Shown piece after piece: positions 1 through 7,348 of a stretch of 37,311 bases of DNA (its first letter is position 1; every line of letters begins with the position of its first letter). Source of the stretch: Thermoplasmatota archaeon (GTDB lineage: Archaea > Thermoplasmatota > Thermoplasmata > SG8-5 > JACRNV01); NCBI GenBank assembly GCA_040753455.1, contig JBFMEL010000002.1, forward strand, positions 1 to 37,311, given 5' to 3'. The position numbers were made by a program, and so were the translations under genes. The notes beneath the pieces were generated by a model. It was not told the DNA's origin. It ran no database searches and worked only from the letters and a program-made list of their open reading frames with translations.

Positions 1-1
1 G

Positions 2-202
2 CATCAGGTCATTGCCGGGATGACCGCGCCCTTGGACGCATCAGCCACCGTCATATTCGGTGCCAGGACAGACCCGGACTACGAGGGCAGCATCAGGGTT
101 ACGGCGATCGTCACGGGCGTGAAATCGCCCCATTTGCTCGGTCCAGCGCTGGAGGTTGAGGACTGTGCACTGGTGAACCTCCTTGCGCCCGTAACAGCAT
201 GA
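2..202 (+). CDS. ftsZ: FtsZ/tubulin-family cell-division GTPase, C-terminal fragment (5' end outside window)
   Basis: The frame is open from the window edge to TGA at 200-202. The translation ...ATVIFGARTDPDYEGSIRVTAIVTGVKSP resembles the conserved end of the FtsZ C-terminal domain (IIfGa..d......irVt.I.TGv). Confidence 0.55.
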   Translation, partial: HQVIAGMTAPLDASATVIFGARTDPDYEGSIRVTAIVTGVKSPHLLGPALEVEDCALVNLLAPVTA

Positions 203-219
203 GGATGACCTTCCTCCCC

Positions 220-225
220 TTTTTT
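220..225 (+). terminator. oligo-T tract downstream of the ftsZ fragment
   Basis: A TTTTTT run lies 18 nt after the TGA stop. Archaeal terminators are typically oligo-T tracts. It overlaps the stop codon of the convergent HAD gene. Confidence 0.25.
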
Positions 226-889
226 AGGGGTCAGGATTAATCCCCCCTCCTTTTTTTTTATTTGTCAGCCCAGCTATGGCACTCTCCAGGTCCTTGAAGC
301 TCCCGACGAGGATGTCCGCATCCTTGAGCTCTTCCATGGAACCATAGCCCCACAGCACTCCGATCGTGGTGCATCCTACGCCCTTCCCGCAGAGGATGTC
401 ATAGCGGGTGTCCCCCACGAAGACCGCGTCCTCGGGCGGCACCCCTATCGCTTGGCATGCTGCGAGCGCTGCGCCCGGCGATGGCTTCCCCTCCTGTAGA
501 TCATCTTCCCCTAAGATAGCGCTCAATAGCCTCGACATATCCAGACGATCCAGGATATGCTTTGCGACATATGTTCGGCGCATCGTGAGCACGGCTGCCG
601 GCAGGCGCCGGGTATGCAACCACTCCAGGAAACCCAGCGCCCCCTCGAAGGGTTTCATGTCCAGATGTAATGTAGCCACCTGCAGGTCCCTGTACTCCCT
701 TGCCGCGCGCTCCACGTCCTTTATGCGGAGCGCTAAGATATCGTGCAGTGGGGATCCGATCAGCTCAGTGATCTCGCCCTCTGTGAACAGCGGCGCTCCC
801 CTCGCATCGAGCACAGTGTTCAGGCAGCGGAGAATCGTCGCTCTGGAGTCTATCAAGGTGCCGTCGAGGTCAAGGAGGATTCCTCTCAT
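224..889 (-). CDS. HAD-superfamily hydrolase (phosphoglycolate phosphatase-like)
   Basis: HAD motif I is present at the N-terminus (LLDLDGTLIDS). GKPSP supplies the motif III Lys and VGDTRYD supplies motif IV. The length (221 aa) is typical. Confidence 0.85.
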   Translation of the reverse strand: MRGILLDLDGTLIDSRATILRCLNTVLDARGAPLFTEGEITELIGSPLHDILALRIKDVERAAREYRDLQVATLHLDMKPFEGALGFLEWLHTRRLPAAVLTMRRTYVAKHILDRLDMSRLLSAILGEDDLQEGKPSPGAALAACQAIGVPPEDAVFVGDTRYDILCGKGVGCTTIGVLWGYGSMEELKDADILVGSFKDLESAIAGLTNKKKGGGINPDP

Positions 890-1236
890 CTGGAGCAGTA
901 TCCCTCTCGCTGGTAAGAGCGTTTCTGTTTAGTCTCTGCGAAGTGGGTTTCTCCAAACAGAGGTGGGCACTCGCAGGAGGGGATTCAAAAGGGGAGTCCT
1001 ATAGGCAAGGACAGGGGTGCATTGGGAACAAAGCTGACGTAATGGGACGAAAAGAGCCCACGTTAGGATATTTGCTGTCTACTCACCCCTCTATGCACCT
1101 CTACCGACTAAGTGATAGTCTCTGCGCTGTCGTGTTTCATACGCTCCTATCTGACCATGTAGGCGGTCAAAGGGAGCACATCTTCTGAGTGAAAAAGAGG
1201 TATCTCCTCGCCCCGATATATACAACCTTGCAAGAC

Positions 1237-1244
1237 TATTTAAA
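1237..1244 (+). promoter_or_regulatory. TATA-like box upstream of the surface-protein gene
   Basis: TATTTAAA lies about 30 nt upstream of ATG 1273. A second AT-rich box, GATATATAC, is at 1215-1223. Confidence 0.35.
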
Positions 1245-1272
1245 CCAAAATAGAGATGCAGGTAGAGATCCT

Positions 1273-4200
1273 ATGGCCTCTCAAGGATGTGGTAGAATGG
1301 CAGAAAAAAGCAAGTCTTTGATGCTGGCGTTAGTGATGACCGGCGCGATATTTGCAGGATCGCTTGCAGCCGCGGACGTGTTTGGTGGAGAAGGGTCAGC
1401 GGCTGGCGGTGGATCTGCTAAAAACCCGGGTATCATCGAGGATGTGGATGACCTGGAGAACATGAGCGTTGTGAATACCCCTGATTATAACGGCATCTCT
1501 TCGGTCATGCCAACGGATGATAAGATGGTTGGCCGATCGAACGAGGTGCCTGAGGGGCTTTCCGAGGATGAATGGGGCGCGATACAGGGCTCGATCCAAA
1601 AGGCCAGGTACTATCTGACCTGGCACGAGCCTAGCAATGGGTATGTGGCATCGAATCCTGCACACGGCTGGGGCGTCACGTTCAATGGGGGCGGGGTTGT
1701 GGTAAACCCCACCTCAGAGGATGGCTGGTCATGGCGTCTTGTCCCGTCAAACTGGGGATACCTGGGCCATATGGTTTCTTTCAATTCCATTCCAGAAGCT
1801 GTGGTGGACGACGGTCGTTTGGAGTACAGGTATAGCGAGGAGATTGTGGGCTGGTATGTGAACGACAAAAATGGTATCGAGCACGGGTTCACTATCACTG
1901 CACCGCCCCAACCTCGGATAGATGATCCTCTAGTAATCGAGATGAGCCTTGACACCTCCCTCACGCCCAAGATGGTGAGCGATGGGGGGGAGATCGTGTT
2001 CCTTGACACATCAGGGGATGCTGTCCTCAGCTACAGCAAGCTCCTGGTCACAGATGCTGCAGGTCGGATCATCCCAGCAAAGATACACCTCTCCGAGCAG
2101 CCACAAGCCATAACTATAACTATAGGGGAAGCGAGCGCAGTGTACCCGCTCACCATAGACCTACTTCTCACAAGTGAGGTGAAGAAGCTCACAGCCAGCG
2201 ACGGCGCGGCCGATGACTGGTTCGGCGTGTCTGTTTCTGTCAGTGGGGACACCATCGCAGTCGGAGCAAACGGTGATGATGTGGGCGCGAACATTAATCA
2301 GGGTTCGGCGTATGTCTTTGTGCGGAATCAGGGCGGTGCAGACAACTGGGGCGAGGTGAAGAAGCTCACAGCTAGCGATGGCACAGCCGGTGACCAGTTC
2401 GGCATGTTTGTTTCTGTCAGCGGGGACACCATCGCAGTCGGAGCATCCTATGATGATGTGGGCGCGAACACTAATCAGGGTTCGGCATATGTCTTTGTGA
2501 GGAATCAGGGCGGAGCGGACAACTGGGGCGAGGTGAAGAAGCTCACAGCGAGTGACGGCGCAGGCATTGACGAGTTCGGCAGGTCTGTTTCTGTGAGTGG
2601 AGACACTATCATAGTTGGAGCACCCTATGATAATGTGGGCGCAAACACTGATCAGGGTTCGGCATATGTCTTTGTGAGGAACCGGGGCGGAGCAGACAAC
2701 TGGGGCGAGGTGAAGAAGCTCACAGCTAGCGACGGCGCGGCCCATAACCGGTTCGGCGAGTCTGTTTCTGTCAGCGGGGACACAATCGTAGTCGGAGCAT
2801 ACTATGATGATGTGGGTCCGAACCCATATCAAGGTTCGGCGTATGTCTTTGTGCGGAACCAGGGTGGAGCAGACAACTGGGGGGAGGTGAAGAAGCTCAC
2901 AGCCAGCGACGGCGCAGCCGATGACTGGTTCGGTTGGTCTGTTTCTGTCAGCGGGGACACCATCGTAGTCGGAGCCTACGGTGATGATGTGGCTCCGAAC
3001 ACTGATCAGGGTTCGGCATATGTCTTTGTGAGGAACCAGGGCGGAGCAGATAACTGGGGCGAGGTGAAGAAGCTCACAGCCAGCGACGGCGCAACCGATG
3101 ACCGGTTCGGCGCGTCTGTTTCTGTCAGCGGGGACACCATCGTAGTCGGAGCATACTTTGATGATGTGGGCGCAAACACTGATCAGGGCTCTGCGTACAC
3201 CTTTATCAGAATAGGGAACACATGGGTGGAGGAGAGCCATCCCACAGCTAGCGATGGTGCAGCCGATGACAACTTCGGCGTGTCTGTTTCTGTCAGCGGA
3301 GACGCCATCGTAGTCGGAGCATACTTTGATGATGTGGGCGCGAACCTTAATCAGGGTTCGGCGTATGTCTATTATCTTGAGTATGTGAACAACCCTCCAA
3401 CGATAACCACAACTGACGTAACCACAGCTACTGAGGACGTACCGTACAGCGTCGATTACAATGCTGCCGATATAGACGGAGATACATTGACTTGGTCTAT
3501 TTCGTATACAGATACAGATGGCTGGCTTACGATCAATCCGGGCACGGGTGTTTTGTCTGGTACGCCGGATAATAGTGATGTTGGGACTTGGATTGTGAAT
3601 GTGACGGTGGATGATGGCAACGGAGGCATTGACTGGAGCAACTTCACGCTAGTGATCAAACCAGACACGGACGGCGACGGAGTGCCCGATGATGAGGATG
3701 CCTTCCCGAACGACCCTGAGGAGTGGGAGGACACGGACAGCGATGGCGTCGGCGACAATTCGGATGCCTTCCCCGACGACCCTGCTGCTTCCGTGGACAC
3801 CGATGGCGACGGCAAACCAGATGACTGGAACACTGGATACACTGTGGGCGACTCCACGACCGGACTGGTGCTGGATGACGACGATGACAACGACAGCGTA
3901 CCAGACGCTGAGGACCCAGACACGCTCGACCCTAATGTCACAGGAAAAGGTGGCTTGAGGGATTACTGGTGGATAATATTGATAATCATCATCGCGGTGA
4001 TTGTTGCACTCCTACTAGCAATGAAACTGAAGGGCAAGAAGGCGCATGAATCCGCCGTGGAGGAGCCTGCGCCCTTAGCGAAGGAAGAATCGCCACCTGC
4101 GGAAGAGCCCGCAGACAATCCTGCACTTCCGTCGCCGAAGCCAGCGGCTCCGATTCCACAACCCGCAAAACCCGCGCCGCCACTCCCGACTGACGAGCGC

Positions 4201-4290
4201 ATCGCCCGACTGAAAAAAGCCTACGATGAAGGCAGAATAACGAAGGAGATGTACGAGAAGAATCTGAAGAGGTTCACGGGAGGAAAATAA
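1273..4290 (+). CDS. Large secreted/membrane-anchored adhesin-like protein: signal peptide, 7 FG-GAP beta-propeller blades, cadherin-like Ig domain, thrombospondin type-3-like Ca-binding repeats, TM helix, Pro-rich tail, SHOCT-like C-terminus
   Basis: The ORF 1189-4290 opens with GTG. ATG 1273 and ATG 1297 are more plausible starts because they precede a signal-like segment (KSLMLALVMTGAIFAGSLAA). Seven repeats read KKLTASDG..D.FG.SVSVSGDTI.VGA..DDVG.N..QGSAYVF (FG-GAP-like). PPTITT...DGDTLTWSI...LTINPGTGVLSGTP..DVGTW is a cadherin/dystroglycan-like putative Ig domain. DTDGDGVPDDEDAFPNDP, DTDSDGVGDNSDAFPDDP and DTDGDGKPDDW are TSP3-like. The TM segment is WWIILIIIIAVIVALLLAM. The C-terminal RIARLKKAYDEGRITKEMYEKNLKRF is SHOCT-like. 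Confidence 0.85.
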   Translation: MASQGCGRMAEKSKSLMLALVMTGAIFAGSLAAADVFGGEGSAAGGGSAKNPGIIEDVDDLENMSVVNTPDYNGISSVMPTDDKMVGRSNEVPEGLSEDEWGAIQGSIQKARYYLTWHEPSNGYVASNPAHGWGVTFNGGGVVVNPTSEDGWSWRLVPSNWGYLGHMVSFNSIPEAVVDDGRLEYRYSEEIVGWYVNDKNGIEHGFTITAPPQPRIDDPLVIEMSLDTSLTPKMVSDGGEIVFLDTSGDAVLSYSKLLVTDAAGRIIPAKIHLSEQPQAITITIGEASAVYPLTIDLLLTSEVKKLTASDGAADDWFGVSVSVSGDTIAVGANGDDVGANINQGSAYVFVRNQGGADNWGEVKKLTASDGTAGDQFGMFVSVSGDTIAVGASYDDVGANTNQGSAYVFVRNQGGADNWGEVKKLTASDGAGIDEFGRSVSVSGDTIIVGAPYDNVGANTDQGSAYVFVRNRGGADNWGEVKKLTASDGAAHNRFGESVSVSGDTIVVGAYYDDVGPNPYQGSAYVFVRNQGGADNWGEVKKLTASDGAADDWFGWSVSVSGDTIVVGAYGDDVAPNTDQGSAYVFVRNQGGADNWGEVKKLTASDGATDDRFGASVSVSGDTIVVGAYFDDVGANTDQGSAYTFIRIGNTWVEESHPTASDGAADDNFGVSVSVSGDAIVVGAYFDDVGANLNQGSAYVYYLEYVNNPPTITTTDVTTATEDVPYSVDYNAADIDGDTLTWSISYTDTDGWLTINPGTGVLSGTPDNSDVGTWIVNVTVDDGNGGIDWSNFTLVIKPDTDGDGVPDDEDAFPNDPEEWEDTDSDGVGDNSDAFPDDPAASVDTDGDGKPDDWNTGYTVGDSTTGLVLDDDDDNDSVPDAEDPDTLDPNVTGKGGLRDYWWIILIIIIAVIVALLLAMKLKGKKAHESAVEEPAPLAKEESPPAEEPADNPALPSPKPAAPIPQPAKPAPPLPTDERIARLKKAYDEGRITKEMYEKNLKRFTGGK
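2176..3237 (+). repeat. Six near-identical 177-nt (59-codon) tandem repeats inside the adhesin gene; a seventh, diverged copy extends to about 3390
   Basis: The string GAGGTGAAGAAGCTCACAGC recurs at 2176, 2353, 2530, 2707, 2884 and 3061, an exact 177-nt period. Confidence 0.9.
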
Positions 4291-4391
4291 ATGGGTTTTC
4301 ATGCAGCGCAGCATAATCCGCGCTCAACCGTGCGCCCCGCTCATCCTGCCAACAACCACCGCCACGCGGGCGCGAGGACGAGGACTTTATT

Positions 4392-5774
4392 CTAAGTCTT
4401 ACGAACTGTTTGCTCCACGTCCCTCCAGTCCAGCAGGAGGAACAGGGGCGCAGGGATTGCCCATATATCCCCGAGGTCTTCCAGGAGGGACTTGGTGGCT
4501 ACCACCCCCTGTTCGATACCCTGCTTCCTCATGAACAGGCGCAGCTCCCGCAGCTCTCTGTCCTGCAGGCGCGCGGAGAACTTCACCTCCACCGGGAGGA
4601 GGGCGCGGGGATATCTGACGACGATGTCCACCTCGTTCTTGTGCTCGTCCCGCCAGAAATAGCAATCCGCTAACCTATGCAGGTGATTTCGTATCAGGGA
4701 TTCTACAAGCGGTCCGACCTCCTCGGGATGTGTAAACACATCGTCGCTCAGTGGGGCTAGGGCTGTTATCAGTCCAGTGTCGGTCAGGTACACTTTCCTC
4801 GATGTCCGAACCTGCTTTGCACGGCTCTTTGTGTAATTGTATGAGAAGTCCACCAGATACCCCTGCTCCAGGTAAGAGAGGTATTTGGATATAGTCTTCG
4901 GGCTGAGGTTCAGAGTCTGTGCGAGGTTCTGGGCCGTCATGAGCTTAGAACTCTGCCAGGCGAGAATTCGGAGCATCTCGACGAGGGTCTTTGGGCTTTC
5001 CACAGGAAAGTAGCGGGTCAGATCTCTCAAGACTGTTTTCTCGATAACATATGTCCAAATGTAATTGCGATGCTTATCCGGCGAAGTGTCACCGATAGCT
5101 AGCTCCGGAAATCCTCCATACAACAGGAAACGAGTGAACTCGTGCCAGATCGTCTCCCATATCCCAATAGTCTCTCTCCAAAACTGCTCGATATCTCCAA
5201 ACTTTACAGGGCGAACGGGCGCTGGCACGTTCACACCCCTGAAAGCCAGGAACTCCCTGAACGACAGCGGCCACACCATGAAGTCATAGGCGCGTCCTGC
5301 GAGGCTCTCCCTAGACCTGCGCTTTATCCAGAGACTGGAAGACCCAGTAACCACGAACTTCACATCCGGATGCAGGATGTCGTAATGTCTCTTCAGTATC
5401 GCCTGCCAGTAGTCCACGTTCTGGATCTCATCCAAGAAGATGTATTTCCTGTCCCCTCTGCTTCGTACCACCTGGTTTAGGTAATATTCGATAATCTCAT
5501 CGAGCACATCAGGCTCGGCACCCAGAAGCTCGTCGAAGGAGAAGTATAAAACACTTTTAGGGGATACCCCTGACCCTATAAGATGGGAAAGCAGGATCCT
5601 CAGCAAAGTAGTCTTTCCAGTTCTTCGCGGACCGATCAGGCAGAGAATCTGTCTCTCGTCCAGATATTGGAACACGCTTGCTTGAACTTCCCTCGAATAG
5701 TGCTCCCATTTCTGAGGTTGTCCGGACCAATGTGGATTGTAGGCGAATATCAAGCGCTCGCAGTTCGGATCCAT
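4392..5774 (-). CDS. AAA-type ATPase with C-terminal wHTH and PD-(D/E)xK-like module (AAA_14/DUF4143-like family)
   Basis: Walker A is GPRRTGKTTL and Walker B is IFLDEIQ. A central wHTH-like segment reads PKTISKYLSYLEQGYLV. The C-terminal EVDIVV...LLPVEVKFS matches the D..ExK nuclease-like signature. The stop codon is TAG. Confidence 0.75.
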   Translation of the reverse strand: MDPNCERLIFAYNPHWSGQPQKWEHYSREVQASVFQYLDERQILCLIGPRRTGKTTLLRILLSHLIGSGVSPKSVLYFSFDELLGAEPDVLDEIIEYYLNQVVRSRGDRKYIFLDEIQNVDYWQAILKRHYDILHPDVKFVVTGSSSLWIKRRSRESLAGRAYDFMVWPLSFREFLAFRGVNVPAPVRPVKFGDIEQFWRETIGIWETIWHEFTRFLLYGGFPELAIGDTSPDKHRNYIWTYVIEKTVLRDLTRYFPVESPKTLVEMLRILAWQSSKLMTAQNLAQTLNLSPKTISKYLSYLEQGYLVDFSYNYTKSRAKQVRTSRKVYLTDTGLITALAPLSDDVFTHPEEVGPLVESLIRNHLHRLADCYFWRDEHKNEVDIVVRYPRALLPVEVKFSARLQDRELRELRLFMRKQGIEQGVVATKSLLEDLGDIWAIPAPLFLLLDWRDVEQTVRKT

Positions 5775-5796
5775 GACCGCAGGATATGATTTGCAG

Positions 5797-5805
5797 TATT
5801 TATAA
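5797..5805 (-). promoter_or_regulatory. TATA-like box for the 4392-5774 ATPase gene
   Basis: The minus strand reads GTTATAAATAC 23-31 nt upstream of ATG 5774, within an AT-rich intergenic region. Confidence 0.4.
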
Positions 5806-5976
5806 CTTATTACTTACACTAAAATGCATTTTATAGGAAATATAAAGGGCACTAAACTGCAACGGATCGAGTTTTTTCAGGGGGAAAATAATTGAAGTGA
5901 TGTCTCCCCGTGGCTCGCTCACGACTCTGCGGACACTTTGTGCCACGCCTCAGCCCTCTGGTAAATTAGCAGGAAC

Positions 5977-7191
5977 CTACGTAATGTCAGATACATCCCA
6001 AACTGTCATGCCATCCACTTGGATTTTTTCTTTGTCCGGGACGAACAGCACAGCCTTCACTTCCTTGAGCCTTGAGAGCGCCTGCGCTGCTTTGAAGAGA
6101 TCCGATTTTGTGACAGCGCCCCACTTGATCTCTATCGCCAGTGCTGGTCTCTTGAACCTGAGCATCAGGATGTCCACATCGAAATCCTTTTCCTCGACCA
6201 TGACCGCGGTCAACCCCATCCTCTGCGCAAGGAAATCCCTCAAAGAGTCCTCCACAAGCCTCGGCATAAGATCGTCTATTATCCTGGCGATCTCCGCATT
6301 CCCCGGCGTGCGCTCGGAGATGTGATACTTCTCATCCGCGTAGTAGAACAGCTTGGCTAAAGGGGAGGCGTGTTTGTAGACGACCCTTTTCTTGCCGTGC
6401 ACGCGGATCTTCTTTATCAGTCCGAACTCCACCATGTTGCGGAGATACTGGCTCAAAAGGCTCGGGTCGTCCTTCTTTATCAGTTTGTTTGAGAACAAAT
6501 GGCTGGATATCTCCCCTGACTTCTCCTTGCCGTTCGCTATCGCCCTGAGGATCCCCTCGTACACCGCCGAAACGCTCCGCTCCTCTTCAGTGAAGACCTC
6601 GCCAACGAGCGCGGGCACGGTCCTGACCGAACCCAGCACGATCCTAGCTAAGATATCCCTTGGATTCTCTTTTTTCTCGAAATAGTCTATTGCCAGCGGC
6701 TCCCTGAGTATGACCGAGAATTCCACGAGCTCTTTCTTGCCGAGGTCGTACTTGGACAGTGCCCTCAGGCAGTCCTCCATGGATATGAGTCCTACAGGGA
6801 CCTCGGTGAAGAGCCCCAGCAGTGAAGAGCGGCTGGACAACAGGCGCTTGGAAAGGTACAGGGTCGAAGTGATGAGTATCAGCTTCCCTCCCTTCTCTGT
6901 CTGGTGCAAGAGATCGAAGAAATCGTCACCGAGGCGCTGGAACTCGTCCACCACCACAGTCTTGTCATCAGCAAGGGCGCGTGTGAGCACCGATAGGAAC
7001 GCGTCGTAGGTCAGCGTTTTGCCGTCCTTCTTGGAAACTATCCCCCTGTCACGCCTCACGAAGAAGAACTCGTCGTACTCTGCGAACCGCTCCACAAGGA
7101 AGGTCTTCCCTGTCTTGCGCCGCCCATAGACGAGGACCCATTTCTTCGACTGGATGATGCGCTTCAGCTCATCGGGTCTTTCTATAATCAT
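5977..7191 (-). CDS. Archaeal ATPase family protein (Arch_ATPase/DUF234-like) with PD-(D/E)xK-like C-terminus
   Basis: Walker A is YGRRKTGKTFL and Walker B is VVVDEFQ. The C-terminal DVDILMLRFKRPALAIEIKWG matches the D..ExK signature. The stop codon is TAG. Confidence 0.75.
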   Translation of the reverse strand: MIIERPDELKRIIQSKKWVLVYGRRKTGKTFLVERFAEYDEFFFVRRDRGIVSKKDGKTLTYDAFLSVLTRALADDKTVVVDEFQRLGDDFFDLLHQTEKGGKLILITSTLYLSKRLLSSRSSLLGLFTEVPVGLISMEDCLRALSKYDLGKKELVEFSVILREPLAIDYFEKKENPRDILARIVLGSVRTVPALVGEVFTEEERSVSAVYEGILRAIANGKEKSGEISSHLFSNKLIKKDDPSLLSQYLRNMVEFGLIKKIRVHGKKRVVYKHASPLAKLFYYADEKYHISERTPGNAEIARIIDDLMPRLVEDSLRDFLAQRMGLTAVMVEEKDFDVDILMLRFKRPALAIEIKWGAVTKSDLFKAAQALSRLKEVKAVLFVPDKEKIQVDGMTVWDVSDIT

Positions 7192-7212
7192 GGTTAGTAT
7201 AATGGTGGTTAT

Positions 7213-7222
7213 AGTAAATAAA
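7213..7222 (-). promoter_or_regulatory. TATA-like box for the 5977-7191 ATPase gene
   Basis: The minus strand reads CCTTTATTTACTAT about 24-31 nt upstream of ATG 7191. Confidence 0.35.
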
Positions 7223-7348
7223 GGTTATCCTATGCTCTTCTGAGACAGGGTGCAGGTTTCGATCTCCAGTGCTTCAAGAAGCGGATGGTGGACAAGAGGA
7301 TGGGTGCTGGCTGAGGAGATGGGGCACATCATCGGTGCGCTCGAAGGC

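Noticed and set aside
943-1188. 81-aa ORF in the 380-nt divergent intergenic region between the HAD gene and the adhesin gene
   Set aside because: It has no ribosome-binding or TATA context and no motif, so it is probably non-coding promoter or leader DNA. I could not identify a structured RNA there by eye.
2161-3240. 359-aa minus-strand ORF with its own repetitive pattern
   Set aside because: It is exactly antisense to the 177-nt FG-GAP repeat array. The repetition and open frame come from the GC-rich sense gene, and it contains no recognisable motifs.
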